Below are positions 1-8,940 of a stretch of DNA of 64,000 nt, piece after piece. This DNA comes from Selenomonas ruminantium (lineage in GTDB: Bacteria; Bacillota; Negativicutes; Selenomonadales; Selenomonadaceae), in NCBI RefSeq assembly GCF_902781305.1, contig NZ_CACZIV010000003.1. One strand, written 5' to 3'. The position numbers were made by a program, and so were the translations under genes. The notes under the pieces are model-generated. The model saw nothing but the letters and a program-made list of their open reading frames with translations, was not told the DNA's origin and did no database searches. Positions within the stretch are counted from its first letter, which is position 1, and each line of letters starts with the position of its first letter.

Positions 1-247
1 ATTTGCCGCCAATAAACCGGGCAGCAAAATAAGCCAGCCCTACTACAAAGACAAAAATAGCAAAGAGGCTGACCAAATAAGCAATTGTTGACCACCAGGA
101 AATCGGCGCAGGCCGTGGGTCAGTATTTTCATAACCGGCCAGATACCCCCCCTTGGCAGCCTCCTCGGCTGCCAGGGCAGGTTCTGTAACCAATAAAAAT
201 ATGAGCATTCCCACAAAGCACGCCAGAAAAATACGTTTTCTTTCCAT
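1..247 (-). CDS. fliO: Flagellar biosynthesis protein FliO/FliZ (N-terminal part; runs off window edge)
   Basis: Manual translation MERKRIFLACFVGMLIFLL...ISWWSTIAYLVSLFAIFVFVVGLAYFAARFIGGK; ATG overlaps the cheY stop; canonical position after cheY. Confidence 0.75.
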   Translation of the reverse strand, partial: MERKRIFLACFVGMLIFLLVTEPALAAEEAAKGGYLAGYENTDPRPAPISWWSTIAYLVSLFAIFVFVVGLAYFAARFIGGK

Positions 248-609
248 CAGCCCACTGCTTTACGGACAGCCTCCAATACACGATCTGCCTGGAAGGGTTT
301 AACGATAAAGTCACGGGCGCCGGCCTGGATAGCTTCGATAACCATTGCCTGCTGACCCATTGCACTGCACATAACAATCTTGGCGTTGGGATCAACCTTT
401 TTGATTTCCTTAACGGCACTGATACCATCCATCTCCGGCATCGTGATATCCATAGTAACGAGATCCGGTTTCAGCTCCTGATATTTCTCCAGAGCCTTCA
501 TCCCATTTTCTGCCTCGCCTACGACTTCATAGCCATTTTTAGACAGGATGTCTTTAACCATCATTCTCATGAATGCCGCATCGTCAACGACCAATACTCT
601 TACTGCCAT
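247..609 (-). CDS. cheY: Chemotaxis response regulator CheY
   Basis: Stand-alone receiver domain (VVDD, TMDITMPEMDG, KPF), Bacillus-type, downstream of fliY. Confidence 0.95.
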   Translation of the reverse strand: MAVRVLVVDDAAFMRMMVKDILSKNGYEVVGEAENGMKALEKYQELKPDLVTMDITMPEMDGISAVKEIKKVDPNAKIVMCSAMGQQAMVIEAIQAGARDFIVKPFQADRVLEAVRKAVG

Positions 610-712
610 GTTCCATCTCTCCTCATCTTAAAAAACATCCGACTTGGTTAGCATCGCTTTTATTATATAGGAAAGTCTTGCTTTAGACAAGAACTTCTCT
701 ACATGCTAAAGG

Positions 713-1963
713 TTATTGCAATTTAGCTGCCCGCTCTGCGGGGCTGGCAATTTCCGTGATACGCACACCGAAATTTTCATCGATAACGACCACTTCGCCT
801 TTGGCCAGGAACTTGCCATTTACATTGATATCTACTGGTTCACCAGCCAGTTTGTCCAATTCTACAATGGAACCATTGGTAAGCTCCAATATTTCCTTGA
901 TGGATTTATTGGTTCGGCCAAGTTCCACAGTCACCGACAGGGGAACATCGAGAATCAGACCAATATTTGCATCATTGACCTGTACCGGCTGCGTATTCAA
1001 GGGGATAAACTGTGCAGGCTGTACCGGCACATTAGCAGCCATCCCCTGCATAGGCGGCATACCATAACCATACCCACCTGCCGCAGGCGGCGGGGCGGCC
1101 ATCACCGGCGGTGCCATCTGCTGTGCAGGCGGCGGTGCGGCAGGAGTTGGTGCCGGCGCAGCTGCCGGTGGTGGCGGTGCTGCTGGTGCTGATGCTGGCG
1201 CAGGCTCCGGCTCTGGCTCCTCAGCAGAACCATTGGTCAGTGCCTCAACCATTTCCTTAGCCACTTCTACAGGCAAAATCTGCATGATTTCGCTATCGAT
1301 CAGACCGTCTACTTCCATACGGAACGATGTACACACAATCGGGTCTGTCTGTCCGAGCACTTCAGAAACTTTATCCTCACTGCCAAAATCAATGAGGTTT
1401 ACCTTGGGCGGCGAAATATCAATCTTCTTGTTGAACATGGTGGACAAAGATGTTGCCACCGTGCCCATCATCTGATTCATCGATTCGCCTACCGCACTCA
1501 TGGCGATTTCATTGATTTCCGTATCCGGATTAGTGCCATCGCCTCCCATCATCAAGTCGGCGATAATGGCCGCATCCTGTGCCTGAATGGCCAGAACATT
1601 ATTGCCATCGATACCAATGGTATACCCTACCTCGACAATCAAATACGGCATGGGGTACTTTTCCTGAATCATGCTCATTGAAGAAACGGAAACCGAAGGC
1701 GTGGTAATGTTCACCTTATGCCCGAGCAGTACCGAAAGGGTTGTCGCTGCACTGCCCATAGAGATATTGCCAATCTCTCCCAGAGCATCCTTTTCCACAT
1801 CCGTGAGTATATCATCAAACTGAGATGAACTACTGTCGGAGCCAGCTGCTTCAGCCGGGGCTTCGGACTCTCCCGCTGGTGCTGGACTGTCGTCTGCCGC
1901 GGGTATCCCTCCGCCATTCAGCAGGGCGTCAATCTCCTCTTGCGAGATCATATCGTCACTCAT
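713..1963 (-). CDS. fliY: Flagellar motor switch phosphatase FliY
   Basis: N-terminal SQEEIDALL peptide, two CheC-like ExxN motifs (EIGN, ESMN), Pro/Ala linker, C-terminal FliN domain; start placed at MSDDMI. Confidence 0.92.
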   Translation of the reverse strand: MSDDMISQEEIDALLNGGGIPAADDSPAPAGESEAPAEAAGSDSSSSQFDDILTDVEKDALGEIGNISMGSAATTLSVLLGHKVNITTPSVSVSSMSMIQEKYPMPYLIVEVGYTIGIDGNNVLAIQAQDAAIIADLMMGGDGTNPDTEINEIAMSAVGESMNQMMGTVATSLSTMFNKKIDISPPKVNLIDFGSEDKVSEVLGQTDPIVCTSFRMEVDGLIDSEIMQILPVEVAKEMVEALTNGSAEEPEPEPAPASAPAAPPPPAAAPAPTPAAPPPAQQMAPPVMAAPPPAAGGYGYGMPPMQGMAANVPVQPAQFIPLNTQPVQVNDANIGLILDVPLSVTVELGRTNKSIKEILELTNGSIVELDKLAGEPVDINVNGKFLAKGEVVVIDENFGVRITEIASPAERAAKLQ

Positions 1964-2960
1964 CAGTATTTTCATCTCCTTCACTTATAATTTTGGTAAT
2001 TTGGACCGCCATTTTCTTGCCCGACTTACCCGGGCGGCTATAAAATTTTGGCCGCTTGCCTACCAGGCATAACAAATTATCATCCACTCGAGTATCCATT
2101 TGCAGGACATCCCCAAATCCCAACGTCAAAAACTCATTGATTGTGAGTTTAAGCTCACCCAATTGCACCACAAAGGGAACCTTGGTTCGCTCAATTTTCT
2201 TTTGCAGGAGTTTGACCTGCTCAGGATTATCATCCCTCGATACGGATGAAGCCACCCAGAAAGTAGTCGTAAGTTTTGACATAACTGGCTCAAGCACCAG
2301 ATAGGGAATACATATATTCATCATTCCCTCAACTTCTCCCACCTTCATTTGAATGGTGACAATGACCACCATATCACTGGGCGGTACGATTTGCGTAAAT
2401 TGAGGGTTTGATTCCGTAGTTTCCAATGCAGGGAAAAATTCCACCACATTCATCCAGGCTTCTTTCAAATGCCCCAAGGCAGTATTGATAAAGCGCTGCA
2501 CAACCACGTCTTCTATTTCCGTGAGCACACGGGGCTTTACCCCTACCCGGCCTTCACCGCCAAATACCCGGTCAATAAACGCGAACGCAATCTCCGTGTT
2601 TATTTCCATGATGATATTGCCCTTAAGCGGTGGTACAGCCACAATACTGATTACTGAAGGATTGGCCAGAGACTGCACAAATTCCTGATAAGTCAGCTGC
2701 TCTACTGAAGCCACCTCAACATTTACCAGTGTACGCAAATGTGTAGACAAATACGTATTCAAAAGTCTGGAAAAACTCTCATGAAGCATGAAGAGCGTTC
2801 GTATCTGGTCCTTAGAAAACTTATCTGGCCGTTTGAAGTCGTATGTCTTAACTTTCTTTTGTTCTTCGTCTGCTTTTACTTCTTCTGCTGATACGGTTCC
2901 ATCTGACAGCGCGGAAAGCAGTTTATCTATCTCAGATTGAGATAGTACTTCATCTGCCAA
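1956..2960 (-). CDS. fliM: Flagellar motor switch protein FliM
   Basis: LSQSEIDKLL CheY-binding peptide, YDFKRPDKFSK, ESNPQFTQIV. Confidence 0.95.
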   Translation of the reverse strand: MADEVLSQSEIDKLLSALSDGTVSAEEVKADEEQKKVKTYDFKRPDKFSKDQIRTLFMLHESFSRLLNTYLSTHLRTLVNVEVASVEQLTYQEFVQSLANPSVISIVAVPPLKGNIIMEINTEIAFAFIDRVFGGEGRVGVKPRVLTEIEDVVVQRFINTALGHLKEAWMNVVEFFPALETTESNPQFTQIVPPSDMVVIVTIQMKVGEVEGMMNICIPYLVLEPVMSKLTTTFWVASSVSRDDNPEQVKLLQKKIERTKVPFVVQLGELKLTINEFLTLGFGDVLQMDTRVDDNLLCLVGKRPKFYSRPGKSGKKMAVQITKIISEGDENTDE

Positions 2961-2996
2961 TCTTACGCCCTCCTTCCTGCTGGAAATTGAACACTT

Positions 2997-3506
2997 TTAC
3001 TGAAGCAGGAAGCTTGTTATATATACATCATACACAGAACCCGGCCCCAGTTTGGTGTTCAATTCATCCTTAATTTTCTTTTTCAAGTCATCCTGACGGG
3101 TTGCATCAAATTCATCCAGTTTGGCACTGCGCAGAATCTGCATTGTAGTATCCAGAATCTTCGTCTCAGCCTCCGGCAGAAGCGCACCTTCCTCCGTCAT
3201 GTTGGCTTTTTTGCCCGGGTTCATCTCCAAAACAATGCCCGCTTTCAGGAATTTGCCTGCCTTCTGCCCACCAACATTTACCATAATACCGTCTTTGGCA
3301 TCACCCAACTTGATAAATTTACCAGGGTCATGATGCTCATTGACCTGTTCAGTAGCGGTATCCGCCATCATCTTGGTCGTAATAAAGAACGAGATGCCGC
3401 CGGCGAGCACCAGACCAATCAGAACTAAGATGACCACCAGAATTATCGGAGATTTCTTCTTCGGTTCTTCGGCCACTTCCTCTGTGTCTTTTTCTTCGTC
3501 AGCCAT
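2997..3506 (-). CDS. fliL: Flagellar basal body protein FliL
   Basis: Single N-terminal TM, C-terminal VYITSFLLQ, directly upstream of fliM. Confidence 0.85.
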   Translation of the reverse strand: MADEEKDTEEVAEEPKKKSPIILVVILVLIGLVLAGGISFFITTKMMADTATEQVNEHHDPGKFIKLGDAKDGIMVNVGGQKAGKFLKAGIVLEMNPGKKANMTEEGALLPEAETKILDTTMQILRSAKLDEFDATRQDDLKKKIKDELNTKLGPGSVYDVYITSFLLQ

Positions 3507-3569
3507 ACGATTATCCCTCCGTAATAGTTTTCTTTAAATATTATACCAATTGATGAGAACTTGTCCACA

Positions 3570-3770
3570 TCAAAATTGATGGAGCGCCCGGCGATATTTC
3601 ATCACACGACGGACAATTTCATCCATTGGTTCTTCTACGATGAACTTTTTGCCGTTTGTCAATGTCACCACCGTGTCCGGCGTTTCCTCTATCGTTTCTA
3701 TTATTTCGGCATTAAGCACGAATTCTCCTTTTTTATTTGTCTGCGAATTAAACTTTGTCAGCTTAATCAT
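3570..3770 (-). CDS. flbD: Flagellar FlbD/SwrD family protein
   Basis: MIKLTK...FVLNAEIIETIEETPDTVVTLTNGKK signature. Confidence 0.9.
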   Translation of the reverse strand: MIKLTKFNSQTNKKGEFVLNAEIIETIEETPDTVVTLTNGKKFIVEEPMDEIVRRVMKYRRALHQF

Positions 3771-3897
3771 TGTTTTTTCCTCCTTACATCTTTAACGTGT
3801 TCCTTATTTTCTTAAATTTCGGCATGAATCAGCCTTTTCCCTTTTTTCATTTGAAAAGTTTCTTGGCTAAATGCAAAAAAAATACTGTTTAACAGTA

Positions 3898-3925
3898 AAG
3901 ACCGGTGCATAGCTGCGCCGGTCTT
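3898..3925 (-). terminator. Putative intrinsic terminator after flgD
   Basis: Hairpin aagaccggtgca-tagc-tgcgccggtctt; only a short T run on the minus strand. Confidence 0.55.
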
Positions 3926-3956
3926 ACAATTGTACCGCCAATATTCGCTTAAAGAA

Positions 3957-4484
3957 TCAGTTTCCTTGCACACCTTCACCAATGCGACTGATATCGCCAA
4001 TCCCCACTTGATAGGTCTTACCGCCGGAGCTGGCAATAATCGTCGGTGAACCATCAGAAATGCTTACACCGGTAACTTTCCCTTCCATCTTCGTTGTGGT
4101 CGTGGTTGACTTACCATCAGCATCTGTGCTGGTACTTTCCACACTCCATTGTACGTCCTTACCAATCATATTGCTGAGCTGCCCCACCAATACAGAAGTA
4201 TCAATATTGCCGACCAACTTCGATACCTCACCCAGTCCATCTGCTACATTGGTCATCTGCTCCAATGCAGAGAACTGTGCCAGCTGTGCAAGATATTCAC
4301 CGTTATCCTGCGGGTCTAATGGATCCTGATATTTCATCTGGGTAACCAAAAGCTGCAAAAAAGCATCCTTGCCCAACGTACTATTGTCCTTATTTGCCTG
4401 CGTCTGGCTTGCTTGATAACTTTCCATTGTCTGGGTTACCCCATCAACGGTAATCGTATTTAATGAATTTGCCACATTATTCAC
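3957..4484 (-). CDS. flgD: Flagellar hook cap protein FlgD
   Basis: LGKDAFLQLLVTQMKYQDPLDP...QLAQFSALEQM. Confidence 0.95.
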   Translation of the reverse strand: MNNVANSLNTITVDGVTQTMESYQASQTQANKDNSTLGKDAFLQLLVTQMKYQDPLDPQDNGEYLAQLAQFSALEQMTNVADGLGEVSKLVGNIDTSVLVGQLSNMIGKDVQWSVESTSTDADGKSTTTTTKMEGKVTGVSISDGSPTIIASSGGKTYQVGIGDISRIGEGVQGN

Positions 4485-4494
4485 CTTCTATACT

Positions 4495-7086
4495 TCAGAC
4501 CCGGTAATCTACGCCATCAACTGCTTCTGCTGATGACTGAACACCAGCAGCTATATTTTCGGTCTCTTCTCCATAATCTTCCACATTCCCTAAATTCCGC
4601 ATACTGCCGTTGCTGCTGTGTCCCTGATTTTGCTGCCATGCCTGCTGTCCTTCTCCCTGAGGCAGCTGACCATCCGTGAACCCGGCATAGACATCAACAT
4701 TATCCACTTTCAGTCCCTGATTATTAAGTTCCTGCTTAAGCTGTACCAACGTGTTTTCAATAATCGCTCTTACCTGAGCGTTGTCGCTATGGAATGAAGC
4801 ATTGACCGCACCATTAGCACTAACCGATACTTTAAGGGTCAACTCGCCCAAATGGTCAGGGTGGAGTTTTATGACCATCTGCGTATCTTCGCCTCTCCTC
4901 AATAATCTTGCCTGTTCCACAATCTGCCGAGGAACATTGAAATCTTCCTGTAAATTCTGCGTTTGATTTGTCTCATTCGTCATTTTAGACCCTGTCAGAC
5001 TGTCATTCAGACTTTGCTGGAACATAGCAGCAGATTCAGGATTGCCAGCCGGAACAGACTTCGACTGGAAAGGACTCTTATCTCCTACAGCTTCTTCAAC
5101 CAGCTGACTGACCATTTCTCCCTCTGCAGTGGTCACCACCTTAGTCTCGGGAAACGCCTGCTGATTTTGTCGGTACAAATTCTGCTGAAGATTATCCTGC
5201 ATCTCCATTGCCGGCTCTGTCATCGGTACAACATCTTCTACCGTTATGCTGACACCTGACAAAGGATTATTCACAGAAACAGTCTCTTTTTTCCCAACAG
5301 GCGATGTTTGCACCATTTCCTCAGGAAGTATCACTTTTCCTGTTTCCTGTATGATTACTGAATCCTTCACGCTTTCAGCAGGCATAGACGGCATAGGTTC
5401 TTCCAGAATCATCTCTTGTACTGGTATTTGCTGTATCGCTGAATCCTTCACCCGGCCAACAGGCATGGACGGCATCGGCTCTTCCGGAATCATCTCTTGT
5501 ACTGGTATTTGCCGTATCGCTGAATCCTTCACCCGGCCAACAAGCATGGACGGCATCGGCTCTTCCGAAATCATCTCTTGTGCTGGTACCTGCTGTATCA
5601 CTGACTCCTTCACCCGGCCAGCAGGCATGGACGGCATCGTTTCCTCGCTCTGCTCAAAAAGTGCCATGCCCTTGACGTCCTGTCTTTCCTTACCATTGTT
5701 CAGGATTGTCCCCTGCAGATTATTAAGATTTTCCTGTGGCCGCTCAACCTCTTCAGACATATTATTTTGCACATCTGTCAAAAAGATGCCTCTTTGCCCT
5801 TGCGAAAAAGCCAATTGTAAATTTTCCTGAACCGTCTGATTCGCTAAAAGAGCCCCTTTGCCCTCTTCATTCTGCAGAGCAGCCTGATTTACTAATGGGA
5901 CATTAGACCAGCCCTCTTTTTGCAAAGGAAATTGCTGACTACTTCCCTGAAGATTTCTTAACGGCAAATCCTGCTGCAACACTACACTGTTTTCCTGAAG
6001 CACTGCTCTATTTGCCAACTGATGATTGTTCAGCTGTATCTCCAGCATCGTTGCCGGTTTTGTCATCCGGCCCATTCCCCAACCTTCTGCCGGTTGAGCT
6101 GCTGATGTCATTTCCTGCCTCTGAATTCCCATCTCAGGCAAGTTTTCTACTGGCTTTCCATCGCTCAGTTTTACCTGCTGTCCTGAAAGCATCGCCAGGA
6201 AATTTTTATTTTTCTGAATCTCAGCTCCTGACTGCGGCAACAAACTTTGCAGATTTACATCAGTAGCGTTTTTTACCTGTGGGTATGATTCATCTGCTGT
6301 CAATGCAACTTCTGCCTGTGGAATCTGCTTATCTGATGACAGTGCCTCTTTGACCTGCGAAATATGTTCATCCGCTGACATTGTTACTTCTACCTGCGGA
6401 ATCTTCTTCTCTACCGTCAGTGCATCTTTCATCTGCAGATTTGGGCCATCCGCTTTTGGTGTAGATTTTGTTTGCAAAATCTGCCCAGCTGTTGTTAGCG
6501 CAACTTTCGCCTGCGGGATTTGTTCATCAGCCTTTAAAGTAGATTGCCTCTGCAAAATTTGGGTATCCTCTACATGCAGACTTCGTTCAACCACTGCAGG
6601 TGCATCTTTTTCCTGTGGAATTTGTTCGTCCACAGTCAATGCAGATGTTTCATCTGCAGTAAAATTCACCACCGCCGCGATAGCTATATCCAACGTTTCT
6701 GTTTCTTGTTTTCCAGCAGTGTCATTTTCACGGTTTTGGCTTTTCGTCCCCTGCGAGTTTTTTTCCCAATCCTTAGCTGTCTTCCCTGACTTCGGTTCCT
6801 TCCCCAGCTTACTATTTAAAGCAGCCTCCGTTCCTTCTGGCATATCGTCTTTTATATAAGCTTCCTTAGCGTCAACATTTCCTTGTATACTTCCCTGTGC
6901 CTCTGTCGGCGATTTTGCCATTTTTCCTGTTACTTCTTCTCCTGCTTTTCCCAAGACCTCATCAAATGAGCCCTGAGACGCACTGGCAGATGCCTTGTCC
7001 ATTTTGCTGACCATCCGTGTATTTTGCACTTTGTTTACAGCACCAGCCTTTGGAGAAATAGCCATTACATTTGCTGCATTCACCAA
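4495..7086 (-). CDS. fliK: Flagellar hook-length control protein FliK (long, repeat-containing)
   Basis: C-terminal LHPDHLGELTLKV domain; long low-complexity N-terminal region; upstream of flgD. Confidence 0.88.
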   Translation of the reverse strand: MVNAANVMAISPKAGAVNKVQNTRMVSKMDKASASASQGSFDEVLGKAGEEVTGKMAKSPTEAQGSIQGNVDAKEAYIKDDMPEGTEAALNSKLGKEPKSGKTAKDWEKNSQGTKSQNRENDTAGKQETETLDIAIAAVVNFTADETSALTVDEQIPQEKDAPAVVERSLHVEDTQILQRQSTLKADEQIPQAKVALTTAGQILQTKSTPKADGPNLQMKDALTVEKKIPQVEVTMSADEHISQVKEALSSDKQIPQAEVALTADESYPQVKNATDVNLQSLLPQSGAEIQKNKNFLAMLSGQQVKLSDGKPVENLPEMGIQRQEMTSAAQPAEGWGMGRMTKPATMLEIQLNNHQLANRAVLQENSVVLQQDLPLRNLQGSSQQFPLQKEGWSNVPLVNQAALQNEEGKGALLANQTVQENLQLAFSQGQRGIFLTDVQNNMSEEVERPQENLNNLQGTILNNGKERQDVKGMALFEQSEETMPSMPAGRVKESVIQQVPAQEMISEEPMPSMLVGRVKDSAIRQIPVQEMIPEEPMPSMPVGRVKDSAIQQIPVQEMILEEPMPSMPAESVKDSVIIQETGKVILPEEMVQTSPVGKKETVSVNNPLSGVSITVEDVVPMTEPAMEMQDNLQQNLYRQNQQAFPETKVVTTAEGEMVSQLVEEAVGDKSPFQSKSVPAGNPESAAMFQQSLNDSLTGSKMTNETNQTQNLQEDFNVPRQIVEQARLLRRGEDTQMVIKLHPDHLGELTLKVSVSANGAVNASFHSDNAQVRAIIENTLVQLKQELNNQGLKVDNVDVYAGFTDGQLPQGEGQQAWQQNQGHSSNGSMRNLGNVEDYGEETENIAAGVQSSAEAVDGVDYRV
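5340..5650. repeat. About 4 tandem in-frame 81-bp (27-aa) repeats in fliK
   Basis: ga(a/c)tccttcac anchor at 5360, 5441, 5522 and 5603; peptide EEPMPSMxVGRVKDSAIxQIPVQEMIx. Confidence 0.92.
6268..6642. repeat. Degenerate 39-bp (13-aa) repeats in fliK
   Basis: ALTVDEQIPQEKD / TLKADEQIPQAKV / ALTVEKKIPQVEV / TMSADEHISQVKE / ALSSDKQIPQAEV / ALTADESYPQVKN. Confidence 0.75.
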
Positions 7087-7107
7087 ATCACCTCCCTTAC
7101 ATGTTAT

Positions 7108-7134
7108 TTATCGTTGAAAAACGCCTTTTACTTA
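7108..7134 (-). promoter_or_regulatory. Putative sigma28/SigD promoter of fliK-flgD
   Basis: TAAG-N15-AACGATAA versus consensus TAAA-N15-GCCGATAA, immediately after the motE terminator. Confidence 0.55.
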
Positions 7135-7168
7135 AATAAAAAATTCCCTACTTTTGCTTGGTAGGGAA
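7135..7168 (-). terminator. Intrinsic terminator after the motE-like gene
   Basis: ttccctac...gtagggaa stem followed by a T-rich run on the minus strand. Confidence 0.7.
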
Positions 7169-7176
7169 CTTATCAT

Positions 7177-7824
7177 TCATTGTGCCTCATTTTCCGGCTG
7201 TTCCTGCCCGTCTTTCTTGGCTTTTTCTTCCAACATGCGGCGAATGTCCTCTTCTGTGTTAACTTCCTTTTTGGTACCCGCATACATTATACGGGTAATT
7301 CTGGCCGTTTTGCCTTCGTCGAATTCTGTCATGATCTTTGCCACCACGGCCTCATCCATGCGCTGTAATATGGCAATGCACATATCATCATCCAGCTCAT
7401 CCATGGCTTTTGCCGCATCCTTCGGCTTCATCTGATTATACAGCCGGGCAAGTTTAGACACTCTTTTCTTTTCCTCAGCTTCCCGCTGCTTCATTTGTTT
7501 TTCAATCTCTTCTTTGGTTATGACGAGCTTCTTGGATTCCTTTTTATCCTTATCGTCTGACTTCAAATCCTTATCCTTGTCCGGTTTGGCATCTTCTACT
7601 GGCATTTTTTCCATATCCGACTCGCTAGGTGCCGGACGCACAAAGTATTCACCAATAACCGGTAAATCGTAAAGTTTTAACTGCTCATTGGCTTCCTGCG
7701 TATCAATCAGCTGCAGGTAAACCCCTAAAGCAAAACCACCCACGATAAGCACAAATAGCAGGAAGAGCATTAATAGCACTTTCACTATCTTACTGCCTTT
7801 TTTCTTTTTCTTCTTCACTGCCAT
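7177..7824 (-). CDS. MotE/YlxF-like flagellar protein (MgtE N-terminal-like domain)
   Basis: N-terminal TM; KLARLYNQMKPKDAAKAM motif; position between fliJ and fliK. Confidence 0.8.
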   Translation of the reverse strand: MAVKKKKKKGSKIVKVLLMLFLLFVLIVGGFALGVYLQLIDTQEANEQLKLYDLPVIGEYFVRPAPSESDMEKMPVEDAKPDKDKDLKSDDKDKKESKKLVITKEEIEKQMKQREAEEKKRVSKLARLYNQMKPKDAAKAMDELDDDMCIAILQRMDEAVVAKIMTEFDEGKTARITRIMYAGTKKEVNTEEDIRRMLEEKAKKDGQEQPENEAQ

Positions 7825-7849
7825 TGTCTAACCCGCCTTCTATCTTACG

Positions 7850-8470
7850 TTATCTGTAAATATCCAATACCTTGTTCACATAATTTTGGGTTTCCTTATA
7901 CGGCGGAACACCACCATAATCCTTCACCGCTCCTGGGCCGGCATTATAAGCCGCCACAGCCTTTTTCGTATCCCCGCCAAAGGTATCAAGCATCTGACGG
8001 AGATATTTTGCACCGCCTTCAATATTCTGCTGTTTATTGTAGGGATCTACACCAAGTGAAGCTGCCGTATCCGGCATCAGCTGCATAACACCAATAGCTC
8101 CCACAGACGAAACGGCATTCTGATTGCCATTGGATTCCACTTCTGCCACAGCAGCCACCAATTTTGGATCCACTTTATACTTTCTGGCCGCCGCCTCTAT
8201 AAGCGTACTGAGATTTTGATCTGCCAGCGGCATATCCGCCAGTACCATTTTCGCATTATCCACCTTCTGTACTGCAGGCAACGGCTGATTGTTTTCCTGA
8301 ACTGCTGGTTCAGAAGTTTTCTGTGCCTCCGTTACCCCCAGTGATTTTTGCATTTCCTTTTCCAGTTTTTGGGAGAAACCTGTACCGGGAAGATTTCCCG
8401 GCATACCAAATTGCTCCTGCAATTGCGCAATTCTCGCCTGTACATGGCGTACACCGGTTAAATCCATCAT
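7850..8470 (-). CDS. Lytic transglycosylase (SLT domain)
   Basis: VESNG, GVMQLMP, AAYNAGPG, ETQNYV motifs. Confidence 0.92.
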   Translation of the reverse strand: MMDLTGVRHVQARIAQLQEQFGMPGNLPGTGFSQKLEKEMQKSLGVTEAQKTSEPAVQENNQPLPAVQKVDNAKMVLADMPLADQNLSTLIEAAARKYKVDPKLVAAVAEVESNGNQNAVSSVGAIGVMQLMPDTAASLGVDPYNKQQNIEGGAKYLRQMLDTFGGDTKKAVAAYNAGPGAVKDYGGVPPYKETQNYVNKVLDIYR

Positions 8471-8934
8471 AAGCTTATCCCTTCCCTTCTGCGCCGCATC
8501 GTAAGCTGCAGGCCGATTTCATCGAGCATTTTCTGTTCTTCCTGCAAAGCCTCCGACAAATATTCCTGATAGCGGCGTTCTTTCAATTGTTCTATACTCT
8601 TGAGATAACTCATAACTTCCATAAGTGCCTTGAGCTTTTTCTGTTTTTCGCCCTTCATCTGCAGGACAATCCCCTGCTGCATTTCAATCTGCTCCCTTTT
8701 CCAGGCAAAAAAACTATTAAATGTCATGAGCCTGCCCACGGTAACCCGCACACCCTCCTGCGAAAGTGCGTCATAATCCCGCTGGCCTCTTTGCATTTCG
8801 TCCAGCAGAGTGCTTAAACCTTCCCGGGCTTCTTCCAATCGGCGGGAAGCTTCGGCAAATTCGCGTTCAGCATCATCTTTTTTGCGCCGTGTAACCCTGA
8901 GCAGGGTTTCCAGCTGAAACTTAAACTTTTTCAT
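8467..8934 (-). CDS. fliJ: Flagellar export protein FliJ
   Basis: MKKFKFQLETLL...EQKMLDE; follows fliI. Confidence 0.9.
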   Translation of the reverse strand: MKKFKFQLETLLRVTRRKKDDAEREFAEASRRLEEAREGLSTLLDEMQRGQRDYDALSQEGVRVTVGRLMTFNSFFAWKREQIEMQQGIVLQMKGEKQKKLKALMEVMSYLKSIEQLKERRYQEYLSEALQEEQKMLDEIGLQLTMRRRREGISL

Positions 8935-8940
8935 GACCTG

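Noticed and set aside
1080-1230. GC-rich repetitive tract in fliY
   Set aside because: An ordinary Pro/Ala linker between the CheC-like and FliN domains.
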